A DNA stretch of 64,000 nt. Source: a virus. The position numbers and the translations under genes were made by a program. Positions 26,515 to 35,768 of this stretch are shown piece after piece; position 1 is the first letter of the stretch; the number at the start of each line of letters is the position of its first letter. The DNA lies in the IMG/VR virus record IMGVR_UViG_3300017739_000006; one strand, 5' to 3'. Below the pieces are notes generated by a model, which saw only the letters and a program-made list of their open reading frames with translations, made no database searches and was not told where the DNA came from.

Positions 26515-26949
26515 ATGCAGCGAAGTTATTCTGGAAGGTTCAGACCTAGTTACCCAGGAAAATACAAAGGTGACCCTACGAATATTATTTATAGGAGTTT
26601 GTGGGAACGTAAATTAATGGTATGGTGCGATAAGAATGCAAACGTAATGGAATGGGGTTCAGAGGAGATAATCATTCCATATATCTCACCTATTGACAAT
26701 AGAATACACAGATATTTTCCAGACTTCTACATCAAAGGAAGAACTTCCTCTGGTACTACTAAATATATAGTGGAGGTAAAACCCAAGGCACAAACTCTTC
26801 CACCTAAAAAAGGTAGGAAGACTAAGAGATTATTGACAGAGATTGCCACGTACGGAGTCAATCAGGCGAAGTGGAAGGCAGCACGTGAGTATTGTGCAGA
26901 TCGTAAGATGAAATTTATTATACTCACAGAAAAAGAACTCAAAGTATGA
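26515..26949 (+). CDS. gp4: Head completion protein (TnsA-like nuclease fold)
   Basis: KYKGDPTNIIYRSLWE, WGSEE, HRYFPDF, EVKP, NQAKW. Confidence 0.93.
   Translation: MQRSYSGRFRPSYPGKYKGDPTNIIYRSLWERKLMVWCDKNANVMEWGSEEIIIPYISPIDNRIHRYFPDFYIKGRTSSGTTKYIVEVKPKAQTLPPKKGRKTKRLLTEIATYGVNQAKWKAAREYCADRKMKFIILTEKELKV
26586..26593 (-). promoter_or_regulatory. Late promoter TATAAATA on the minus strand, inside gp4, driving gp48-gp53
   Basis: TATTTATA on the + strand, about 70 nt upstream of the gp48 start. Confidence 0.7.
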
Positions 26950-27401
26950 GCGTCTATCAAGATCTAAAAGATCTAGCAAACAATAGAGCACAGGCACCTT
27001 CTTGGTGGAGGAGTCAATTGTTCTTCTACCTATCAGGTCGTGGTATAGATGGTCCTGCTGTGGGAGGAGTATGTACTTTCCAGTATGCAGCAGAGTATGC
27101 AGAGAAGTATCAGTTCTGGGACAAATATCCTTTGGTGTATGTCATAGGTGAGTCAACGAACCACTTTTGGGGTGCTAATGTACACTATCTACCACCTCAA
27201 GCACGGGTCTCAGGGTTCACTCCGTCACCACCTCCTGTTACTCTGCATAAATACTTGCGAAGTAATGTTTTATCACCCTATTACAGCATTGAAAACTCTG
27301 AGTGGGCAGATATTGGTTTGATTCCCTCCGAAGAATTTGTAACCACTGTCAACGGAAGAAACATATCCGTACCAACGTCGTTAGTATTAAAGAAACTCTG
27401 A
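26946..27401 (+). CDS. gp2: DNA end protector-like protein
   Basis: FQY.A...WDKYPLV...FWGANVHYLPP; follows gp4. Confidence 0.7.
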   Translation: MSVYQDLKDLANNRAQAPSWWRSQLFFYLSGRGIDGPAVGGVCTFQYAAEYAEKYQFWDKYPLVYVIGESTNHFWGANVHYLPPQARVSGFTPSPPPVTLHKYLRSNVLSPYYSIENSEWADIGLIPSEEFVTTVNGRNISVPTSLVLKKL

Positions 27402-28126
27402 TGTCATACGCAGCACCCAATTCATTTAGATCATTCACAGACCTCGTTTCTAAGGGAGCGTGGGAACCCTCCCGTGGTAATCTTTACTCTGTAGAGATTG
27501 GATTCCCTGGTGTCTTGGGATCTGCAGCACTTAATGGTGGTGGGACGATTGCATATGGTAGAGAATATTATGACGCTGTAAATTATTTTGCTGATCAAGT
27601 TACTATCCCTTCAAGAAACTTGACGACTGGAGACACTCAGAACTTTGGTCTTCAAAGATCATATGTAACAGGACAGACACCTAATGAACTAGCAGTGTCA
27701 TTCTTAGTGACAAAGAACCAGTGGCATAGAAATTTCTTTGAGACTTGGATGAATTCTATTGCACCTGATGGTGAGAACAGAGTCAGTTTCTATGATGATT
27801 ATATTTGTGACATTATTGTAAGGAAATGGGAGAGAGGATCTAACTTTATCGTGCAGACCGTGAAGAAAGGACAAAAATATCAAACACGTTTAAATAAAGC
27901 AGTTGGTATATGGAGATTCAATGGAGCATATCCATTCAACCTAGGTACAATGACCTTCGGTAACAGTAATTCAGAAGTGATGAGATTAGATGTACAGTTT
28001 AAGTTTGAGCGTTATAGATTTACTACAAAACAAGAGAAGGCAGGTGGTTGGACCAACGAAAAGGTTATAAACAATATAGATAGTGTTCTCGACGATAATG
28101 ATTTCAGGACCTACGTCGGGGTCTAA
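27401..28126 (+). CDS. Tail tube / baseplate tube initiator family protein (gp19/gp54-like)
   Basis: RGNLYSV, VTIPSRNL, FFETWMN, AYPFNLG, LDVQFKF. Confidence 0.75.
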   Translation: MSYAAPNSFRSFTDLVSKGAWEPSRGNLYSVEIGFPGVLGSAALNGGGTIAYGREYYDAVNYFADQVTIPSRNLTTGDTQNFGLQRSYVTGQTPNELAVSFLVTKNQWHRNFFETWMNSIAPDGENRVSFYDDYICDIIVRKWERGSNFIVQTVKKGQKYQTRLNKAVGIWRFNGAYPFNLGTMTFGNSNSEVMRLDVQFKFERYRFTTKQEKAGGWTNEKVINNIDSVLDDNDFRTYVGV

Positions 28127-28155
28127 ATAGTTTTACTGAATTGTAATTTTACACG

Positions 28156-28860
28156 ATGCCTTTACCCAAACTGAGCATTCCAGATTATGAATGCGTGCTT
28201 CCTCGTGGTCAAAAGGTTACCTATAGACCATTCCTAGTGAGAGAAGAGAAACTTCTTTATCTTGCTATGGAAACACAGGATAATAAAGAGATGATCAAAG
28301 CGGTGAAAGAGATTATCAAGAATTGTACCAACCTCAAGAAACTTGATGACCTTGCTACATTTGATATTGAATATCTCTTTCTTAGAATCCGTGGTAAATC
28401 TGTTGGTGAGGTGAGTGAATTTAAGATCACTTGCCCTGATGATGAGAAGACTCAAGTTGATGTTGAAGTCAACCTTGATGATGTGAAGGTAATAATTCCT
28501 AAGGAACATACCACCATTCTTAAAGTCAGCGATGATGTCACTATCACTATGCAATATCCATCCTTGGATGTGTTTGTGAAGAATAATCTCGTTGACAACC
28601 CAGGTGTAGACGATCTATTCAAACTTGCTGCTAGTTGTACTGAAAGTATTGCTGAAGGTGAGGATGTATATGAAGGAAAAGATCACACAACTAAAGAACT
28701 AGTTGAATTCTATGAAAATATGAACTCACAACAGTTCGGTTTAGTTCAGAAGTTCTTTGAAACTATGCCTAAACTCTCCCATACTATTGAGGTTTTCAAT
28801 CCGAAGACTGAAGTTACATCACCAATTGTACTCGAAGGACTAGCAAGTTTTTTCGCGTAG
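28156..28860 (+). CDS. gp26: Baseplate hub assembly protein
   Basis: MPLPKL, YRPFLVREEK, FDIEYLFLRIRGKSVGE, C-terminal EGLASFF; TAAATA at 28124. Confidence 0.93.
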   Translation: MPLPKLSIPDYECVLPRGQKVTYRPFLVREEKLLYLAMETQDNKEMIKAVKEIIKNCTNLKKLDDLATFDIEYLFLRIRGKSVGEVSEFKITCPDDEKTQVDVEVNLDDVKVIIPKEHTTILKVSDDVTITMQYPSLDVFVKNNLVDNPGVDDLFKLAASCTESIAEGEDVYEGKDHTTKELVEFYENMNSQQFGLVQKFFETMPKLSHTIEVFNPKTEVTSPIVLEGLASFFA

Positions 28861-28880
28861 CCCTAGCGCACGATTCGTTG

Positions 28881-29054
28881 ATGAACATCTATGAGACCAA
28901 CTTTGCTTTGATGCAACATCATAAGTACAGTCTCACAGAACTTGAAAATATGATGCCGTGGGAAAGGGATGTTTATGTGAACCTCTTGATGCGTTACTTA
29001 CGTGAGGAAGAGGCAAGACAACGCCAACAGGCGGGACAACACCAGTCACTTTAA
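28881..29054 (+). CDS. gp51: Baseplate hub assembly catalyst (57 aa; missed by the ORF track)
   Basis: YETNFALMQHHKYSLTELENMMPWERDVYVNLL. Confidence 0.9.
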   Translation: MNIYETNFALMQHHKYSLTELENMMPWERDVYVNLLMRYLREEEARQRQQAGQHQSL

Positions 29055-31552
29055 TGGCAAAAGCAGCACCCAAGTTATCAATAAGAAACTTTATTCCTGT
29101 CACTACCTCTGGTATGGACAAGAAGGATCCTGCAATGTCAATGACCCTAGCGGTCAACCGATTGGGACATACTGTCACCGATGTTGGTAAGATTCTCACA
29201 AGTGGACACCAAGCACGACTTGATGCAGCGTACGCTGTGCAAGGGAGAAGATCTCTAGCACAGGACAGGGCGAGAGAGAGTAAGATTGAGAAGAAAGCAA
29301 CTGAAGAGATAGAAAGAGAGTCGAAATCAAGAGGATATTCAAAGGGTGGGAGTGGTATCTTTGGGTTCCTATCACCATTAATAGAACCACTGATTAAATT
29401 TGCGGCAACTCTTGGTACATTCTTTGCATTAGACTGGTTGTCTAAGAAGGAAAACAAAGAGTCAATTCGGACTGGGTTCGAATGGATCGGTAAGTGGTTG
29501 GGCACGGTCTGGAAGGTTGGATCGTGGGGATTCGGTATGATATATGATGGACTGTTCGATCCAGATGGGAACGACAGTTACTTAATGAGAGCGTTGAAGG
29601 TTGTAGGGGGCATCGCCGCGCTCAAGGTAGCAAGTAGGATTTTAATGCCCTGGAAGTTGGCAGGAGATATTGGTAAACTATCAAAATTATTTAAAGTTAA
29701 TCGTACCAAGGCAACAAAAAACGCAAAGAAAGTAAATCAAAATAATTTCTTAAAGCAAAAACCAAAAAGAGTAGCAAAAGGTATCAGGTCTGGTAACGCA
29801 TCAAAGGCAGCACGAAAGAGATACGCTAGAAGATTTGGTGGCAATGCATCCAAGTCAAGATTCGGTGGTCGTATTGCAGGAAGGGCAGGATTTAAAGGTA
29901 TGACAGGTATGGGTCGCTTTATGCGATCTGGTGCTGGTGGAGGTATATTTGCAGGTGCACTCTCATTTGGATCCAGACTCGCTGCTGGTGACAAAATGAA
30001 TGTAGCAGCAGGTGGAGGTATCGGTGCCACTATTGGTACAGTTGCGGTCACTGCACTGTTAACACCTGTCCTAGGACCATTCGCACCTATTGTGGGTGGT
30101 GTTCTAGGTGGGTTCTTTGGAGATAAGATTGGAGCGTTCCTTGGAGAGGCAATAGAACCTGTTCTGAAACCTCTTGGAGATTACTTTAAGAATATTGCTT
30201 TACCAATGTTTAATGCATTTGTAAAACCAGTTGCAACAGCAATACAAAATTTGTTTGAACCTTTGAAGCACGTCCTTGATATGGTGCTTGAGTTTATTGC
30301 ACCTATTGCAGGTGCTGCTTTCCAAGGTTTGATGGACTATGTTATTGGTCCTGCTGCTAAGGCAGCGTTAGATAGTATTGTCTGGATATTTGAGAAAGCA
30401 ATATGGGCAATTAATAATGTTGGAGGATTTATTAAAGGTACAGGGAATACTTTAACCAGAGTCATTGGTAGTGATGGTCAAAAGGCAATGGCACAGGTAG
30501 AGAATGAAGACTATGATGTGAAGAGATTGAAGGCAGAACTTAAAGTAATAAGAGAAAGAATTGCAAATGGTGAAGGTGGAAGTAGATCTGCCTGGTTTGG
30601 GGTTGATGGCGTGTTCAAGACATCAAATGGTGCTCCAGGGATGACCATTATGAATGGACACTGGAATGGTTTAGGTTCAACCAACGAAGAAAAAGCGAAG
30701 CACTGGGAGAATGTTTTAATACCGTTCGCTGAAGAAAAAGCAGCGAGTGCGAAGGCAGCATTGGCACAGTTTGAGATGGCACAACCTCAAACTTCTATGG
30801 TCGATGATCCATTTGTATCGAAGAAAGGTATCGGTACCGATGATAGTCCTGTACCAAAAGGAGGACGTATAGATTTCCAAGGACACGGTGATGGTGCTAC
30901 TGGTGTGCTACGTCTGTTTGATGGTAAGAATAGAAAGATTGGTCAGTGGGAAGCGATTAGTGGTCAATATAGTACAGCAGGCACATCACAATCACAAAGA
31001 AGAAACGTATCTGGTGCTCTTTATCCTTTACCAGATGGTAAGTATCCTCTTGTTGGATTTGCAGAACACTCAAATGTAAGTGGTATTGGAACTTGGTCTA
31101 CCTTTATTAACAATATGGGTGGTGTTATTGGTAAGAGATCTGCAATTCAACTTCATAATGATATTAATGACAATGGTACTGCAGGTTGTGTTGGTGTGAC
31201 TCTTGGTGGTACTGCAGGTAATAATAAAGATAAGGATTTTGTGAAAAAATATAAACAGGTGATGCCAGAAACTATAAGAGTTTCTATCGCTAAAGGTGCA
31301 AAACAGTTGAGCACTGGACCTTCACCTAGTCCTGACAATAGAGAAATCAGACCAACAGATCTAAATAGTACGAAGACTAGTGAATTAACACGGTCATCTC
31401 AACAACAAGATACCGAACTAAGTTCTGGAGATGGATCTTCAATGGTAGTATTCCAACCAATTATTAAACCTGTTGTCTCAGAGACTGGTGTGATAGGAGT
31501 ACAAACGGTCACTAAGTCTGGTGATTTCTCTCTAACAGGTTTAAATTCATAA
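29054..31552 (+). CDS. Tape-measure/gp29-like protein with a C-terminal YkuD/Tlde1-like domain
   Basis: Helical N-terminus, Gly/Ala-rich hydrophobic repeats, C-terminal IQLHND...GTAGCVG. Confidence 0.65.
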   Translation: MAKAAPKLSIRNFIPVTTSGMDKKDPAMSMTLAVNRLGHTVTDVGKILTSGHQARLDAAYAVQGRRSLAQDRARESKIEKKATEEIERESKSRGYSKGGSGIFGFLSPLIEPLIKFAATLGTFFALDWLSKKENKESIRTGFEWIGKWLGTVWKVGSWGFGMIYDGLFDPDGNDSYLMRALKVVGGIAALKVASRILMPWKLAGDIGKLSKLFKVNRTKATKNAKKVNQNNFLKQKPKRVAKGIRSGNASKAARKRYARRFGGNASKSRFGGRIAGRAGFKGMTGMGRFMRSGAGGGIFAGALSFGSRLAAGDKMNVAAGGGIGATIGTVAVTALLTPVLGPFAPIVGGVLGGFFGDKIGAFLGEAIEPVLKPLGDYFKNIALPMFNAFVKPVATAIQNLFEPLKHVLDMVLEFIAPIAGAAFQGLMDYVIGPAAKAALDSIVWIFEKAIWAINNVGGFIKGTGNTLTRVIGSDGQKAMAQVENEDYDVKRLKAELKVIRERIANGEGGSRSAWFGVDGVFKTSNGAPGMTIMNGHWNGLGSTNEEKAKHWENVLIPFAEEKAASAKAALAQFEMAQPQTSMVDDPFVSKKGIGTDDSPVPKGGRIDFQGHGDGATGVLRLFDGKNRKIGQWEAISGQYSTAGTSQSQRRNVSGALYPLPDGKYPLVGFAEHSNVSGIGTWSTFINNMGGVIGKRSAIQLHNDINDNGTAGCVGVTLGGTAGNNKDKDFVKKYKQVMPETIRVSIAKGAKQLSTGPSPSPDNREIRPTDLNSTKTSELTRSSQQQDTELSSGDGSSMVVFQPIIKPVVSETGVIGVQTVTKSGDFSLTGLNS

Positions 31553-31555
31553 ACT

Positions 31556-33580
31556 ATGAGTAAGATAAGACTATACAAATACGTCACACCACCTAAAGAG
31601 GCAGATGGTGCACAGATGACTGTCGGTAAAAAAACATTTACCACCACAGGTTTCGTCCCGACAGTTAAAGCAATTAATTCCCTAGGAGCGACTGTAAATA
31701 GTATTGGTCTTGCACTGAAGAAGAACCAACTAGCACAACAAAGACTTATGGATGAGCAGCGCCGCTTTGCTGCTCTTCAAGCAGATAGACAAAGAGAAGC
31801 AGCGATAGAAGCAAAAGGAGATACTGCAGATAGTGCAATCAGTGCCACAAAGGGCGCTGGTTTGGGATTTATGGAATATTTGATGAAATTCCTTAAAAAC
31901 CTCTTGATATTTGGTGCACTCAATTGGTTATCTAAGAAAGAGAACCGAGAGAAGATAGTAAAAGCGTTTGAGATGGTTAGTGGGTTATTTAAGTGGATTG
32001 GGAACACGATAAATTGGTGGAAACAGAAATATGGCGAGTTATTTGGCGAAGATAGTGATGGATGGACCAGATTCAAAGCAGCAGCAAAAATGCTTGGTGC
32101 AGGACTTGCTGTATTAGCAGGTTTATCATTCCTGAAGAATCCTATCGGAACTGTCAAAGCATTTGGTAGTATTATTGGTACTATCGGTAAAGGTATCCTG
32201 AATCTGGGTAAATTCCTTGGTGGCAACCCTCTAGGTCAGTTAGCACTAGCAGGTGCACAGGGTGCTGCAGCATATCAGGATGTATCACAGAACTATGACG
32301 GTGTTGAAGAAGACAGGATGGCAGCGGCGAGAGGTGCTGGTATTGGTGCTGCAGGTGGCGGTATGGCACTTGGTATGATCGGCAACCAGATTGCAGGTCC
32401 TATCGGTGGTTTGATTGGTAACGCTGTTGGTGGATTACTAGGAAAAGAGGCAGGCAAGTTCCTTGGACCTATAGTTGGTAATTTCTTTAATACTATTAAG
32501 GAAGCATTTGACTTTATGATGCAGACACTTGATGAGTTCTTTAAACCTTTAAGAGAGGCAATTACAGAACTTTTCAAAGCAGTGGGTCCTCCATTGCAGA
32601 TGATAGTAGATGCGATCAAACCACATCTACCTAAATTACTGTCGTTTGCCGAATTTATGGGTAAAGCGGCATTCTTCCCACTGATCAAAATGATCGAAGG
32701 GTTGACATTTTTCCTCAAGATGATTCCTGGGGTGCAAGAGAGAATGGACGCGGCAGAGAACGCAAATAACGAAGATACGCCAGAAATGTCCATAGGTGGA
32801 ATCGTTCCACAGACTGCAGTTCTACCTGAGAAGTCGGATGGTGGTTGGATCTCTGGACCACAATCAGGTTACCCAGTATCACTCGATGGTGGTAAGTCCG
32901 TATCCTTTATCGGACACGGAACTGAATATGTGGCACAAAGATCTCGTGGGGGTTTTGTTGTTCCCTTTAATACCCCCCATACTAAGAAAGACCCTGGACT
33001 TACTAGTAGAAGAATTCAACAAGCAACTTCTGCAGGATATAAAGTCCCTGGATTTTCTATGGGTGGTACAGTTCCTTTTGATTTCGGATCTAAAAAGTCA
33101 ACAGCAGTTTCATCACTACCCCCATCAAACTACGGACAATATAAAGGATATTCATTTGGTGGTATGTTGAAAGGTATAGGTTCAGCAGTGGCATCGGCAA
33201 CTCTACCCCCAGGTGCACAGGCAGCAATGAACTTTATGCAACCACATATCAATACTGCTGCACAGAATATTGGTGGTGTTGTGAATAATGTTGTTGATAT
33301 TATGCCACCTGCACTTAAAGCAAGAACTGGTAATATTATTAATAAAACAGTTGCAAATATCAAGAGTATTGCTACTAAGGTCAAGACTAGTGACCTAAAT
33401 TCTAGTATAGAGACTATGGTTGCTGAAGCAATCGTACTACCTACTGCTAAAACTAGTTCAGGTGGTGGTGGCGGTACCCCTGTTGTACAAAAAGGTAATC
33501 CCAATCCAGCGAATGACTTCTTGTCTAGCAGGTTTGGTAGAGTTGCTGAATCCGCTAGTGTATTGAGTAATCTGTTCTGA
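31556..33580 (+). CDS. Second tape-measure/gp29-like protein
   Basis: Same architecture as the upstream gene (coiled coil, LxWL..KEN, Gly-rich TM-like repeats); GGWISGPQSGYPV motif. Confidence 0.6.
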   Translation: MSKIRLYKYVTPPKEADGAQMTVGKKTFTTTGFVPTVKAINSLGATVNSIGLALKKNQLAQQRLMDEQRRFAALQADRQREAAIEAKGDTADSAISATKGAGLGFMEYLMKFLKNLLIFGALNWLSKKENREKIVKAFEMVSGLFKWIGNTINWWKQKYGELFGEDSDGWTRFKAAAKMLGAGLAVLAGLSFLKNPIGTVKAFGSIIGTIGKGILNLGKFLGGNPLGQLALAGAQGAAAYQDVSQNYDGVEEDRMAAARGAGIGAAGGGMALGMIGNQIAGPIGGLIGNAVGGLLGKEAGKFLGPIVGNFFNTIKEAFDFMMQTLDEFFKPLREAITELFKAVGPPLQMIVDAIKPHLPKLLSFAEFMGKAAFFPLIKMIEGLTFFLKMIPGVQERMDAAENANNEDTPEMSIGGIVPQTAVLPEKSDGGWISGPQSGYPVSLDGGKSVSFIGHGTEYVAQRSRGGFVVPFNTPHTKKDPGLTSRRIQQATSAGYKVPGFSMGGTVPFDFGSKKSTAVSSLPPSNYGQYKGYSFGGMLKGIGSAVASATLPPGAQAAMNFMQPHINTAAQNIGGVVNNVVDIMPPALKARTGNIINKTVANIKSIATKVKTSDLNSSIETMVAEAIVLPTAKTSSGGGGGTPVVQKGNPNPANDFLSSRFGRVAESASVLSNLF

Positions 33581-34947
33581 TGTCTGAATCAACGTACCAA
33601 GCAAAAGGGTATAAAATTAAACAGTTTAATCTGTATTTGGCAGATGACTATGTTCCATCAGAAAAGATTCAGGAACTGTCACCTGAAGGGGGAAAGGCAG
33701 TAGATATTAGAGGTATCTGCCCTGGATTTAATTATATTGAGTCTATCGATTCTCCTTCGGTCAGAATGGAGATTGCAGTAATGGATACTGTTGACTTGAT
33801 TTCGGATCTAACTGGTAATGAATTTATTCAACTAGAAATGGAGTCAGATAGTGCTCCAGATCAACCTCTAATCGTCAGACAACGTATTTTTAAGATTGGT
33901 GCGGTAACTAAATCTGAAAGAGCACAATCATATGTGATATATACAGTTTCACCAGAAGCATATAACAATGAAACAAATAGAGTATTTAAAGCATTTAGAT
34001 ATAAGACTGGATCAAGTCACGTAAAAGAAATTGTCAACAAGTTTTTGAAGTCATCTGGACGGAAGTATTCATACGAAGGTTCTAAAGGTAACTTCAATTT
34101 TATATCTCCCTCTTGGAGACCATTTGATGTTATTGCATATATCTCTGATAAAATTGTTTCATCTGAAAACAACAAGGCAGGATATTTGTTCTTTGAAAAC
34201 AAGAATGGGTTCTATTTTAATACTATAGATACCCTTACCAAGGGAGAATTGATGAACAAGGGAAGTGTCCCGACGTTCACATATGAACAAGCAAATGTCG
34301 GCAATGCCGAGTATAATGCTTACAGTATCGAAAGTATGAATTATCCAGATCAGGGCAACCATCTGGAAAAAATGCGAACTGGTGCATATGTAAATACCGT
34401 TATCGGTGTTAAAGCACCTGCACTCACTTCAGGTAATCTCCCTACAGCAGGGAGTGGAAAGAGTGGACCCTCTGGTTCAATCTCACCGCCAAGGACTCAA
34501 TCATTAATTGAGGTATTTGGACAGGCAGAAACACTTAATGATGCTTTTCCTTTTCCAAAGATCAAGGAAGCATACTTTGATGAGAAAAAACCTACCAGAG
34601 TTAAAATCCGTGCTCTACCTGGAATGAAGAATGCGAAAACGTCTCAAGATGGAACCGATACTGCAGGAAATATGGATAATGACACCATTGCAGCGAGTTC
34701 ATACTCGTATTCTCGATGGCAGTTACTTAACTCCATAAGACTTGACATAACCATCCCAGGTAATGTATCATTGGCTGTCGGTATGGTAATTCAATGTAAA
34801 ATTCCTGCATCTTCTAACGTAGAGGAAAGAACTGTATTGGATCCTGTATATTCGGGACGTTATCTTGTCGTAGGACTAAAACACGACTATAGTCCTACTG
34901 GATTAACTACCCATTTACAACTATCTAAAGATAGTGTAACCTCATAA
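33580..34947 (+). CDS. Baseplate hub-like tail protein (gp27/GpD-like)
   Basis: YIESIDSP, ISPSWRPF, YLFFEN, IPGNVSLAVG, YSGRYLV; position after the tape-measure genes. Confidence 0.7.
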   Translation: MSESTYQAKGYKIKQFNLYLADDYVPSEKIQELSPEGGKAVDIRGICPGFNYIESIDSPSVRMEIAVMDTVDLISDLTGNEFIQLEMESDSAPDQPLIVRQRIFKIGAVTKSERAQSYVIYTVSPEAYNNETNRVFKAFRYKTGSSHVKEIVNKFLKSSGRKYSYEGSKGNFNFISPSWRPFDVIAYISDKIVSSENNKAGYLFFENKNGFYFNTIDTLTKGELMNKGSVPTFTYEQANVGNAEYNAYSIESMNYPDQGNHLEKMRTGAYVNTVIGVKAPALTSGNLPTAGSGKSGPSGSISPPRTQSLIEVFGQAETLNDAFPFPKIKEAYFDEKKPTRVKIRALPGMKNAKTSQDGTDTAGNMDNDTIAASSYSYSRWQLLNSIRLDITIPGNVSLAVGMVIQCKIPASSNVEERTVLDPVYSGRYLVVGLKHDYSPTGLTTHLQLSKDSVTS

Positions 34948-34957
34948 AGGAGACCTA

Positions 34958-35185
34958 ATGAAATCACTAGAAGACCACATCCAACACGATAAAGAAATCT
35001 TGGATAATCCTACAACAAGTCCTCAGACTCGTAGGCACATCGAAGGCGAACTTCACGAGTTGGAAGATTACGTCGATCATCACAAAAAAGAAATTGAGGA
35101 AGGAGATCATCACGATCCTACTGCTCTCGAACTATATTGTGATCAAAACCCTTCAGAACCAGAATGTCTGGTTTATGAAGACTAA
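34958..35185 (+). CDS. cp12: CP12 Calvin-cycle inhibitor
   Basis: C-terminal LELYCDQNPSEPECLVYED. Confidence 0.92.
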   Translation: MKSLEDHIQHDKEILDNPTTSPQTRRHIEGELHELEDYVDHHKKEIEEGDHHDPTALELYCDQNPSEPECLVYED

Positions 35186-35768
35186 TAACCTATCATCTAT
35201 TATTATGGCAGCAGTACAATCGTTTATTGCAGGTGGCAAAATAAAAGAAGAAATCATTGACGGTGTAGTAGATTTTTACAACACCTGTGATTATCTTGCC
35301 AAAGTCCCTGGTGAATATAGTGGTGGAACTGATCCATTGATCAAGAACTCCACGGATATGTCTGTTCCATCTTGGATCAAAGATCCGAGAATTACAAATT
35401 ATTTGGATGAGGTACAAGCGTGCATTCAATTGTACGTCGATCAATATCCCTGGGCAAAAATGGCGGATTTGGAGGTTATCGAACCATTCAATATCCAGAA
35501 GTATGAACCAGGGCAAGCATTCACACAACCACACTGTGAAAGAGTAGGTTCCAATAAGACCACCTCTTTCAGACATCTGGTATGGATGACATACCTAAAC
35601 ACCGTAGAGGAAGGCGGTGATACACAATGGGTTCATCAAGACCTACAGATTCAACCAGAAAAGGGTTTAACCCTGCTGTGGCCTGTAGATTGGACTCATA
35701 TTCATCACGGTAACCCTGCACCAAACGAAGAAAAATTAATTGTAACTGGATGGATTTCGTATGCGTAA
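35175..35768 (+). CDS. 2OG-Fe(II) oxygenase (prolyl-4-hydroxylase-like)
   Basis: IQKYEPG, HCE, WMTYLN..EEGG.T, WTHIHHG, KLIVTGW. Confidence 0.85.
   Translation: MKTNNLSSIIMAAVQSFIAGGKIKEEIIDGVVDFYNTCDYLAKVPGEYSGGTDPLIKNSTDMSVPSWIKDPRITNYLDEVQACIQLYVDQYPWAKMADLEVIEPFNIQKYEPGQAFTQPHCERVGSNKTTSFRHLVWMTYLNTVEEGGDTQWVHQDLQIQPEKGLTLLWPVDWTHIHHGNPAPNEEKLIVTGWISYA

Noticed and set aside
34958-35185. cp12 plus talC as a novel carbon-redirection system
   Set aside because: This is an already well-described cyanophage auxiliary metabolic gene pair, so it is annotated as features only.
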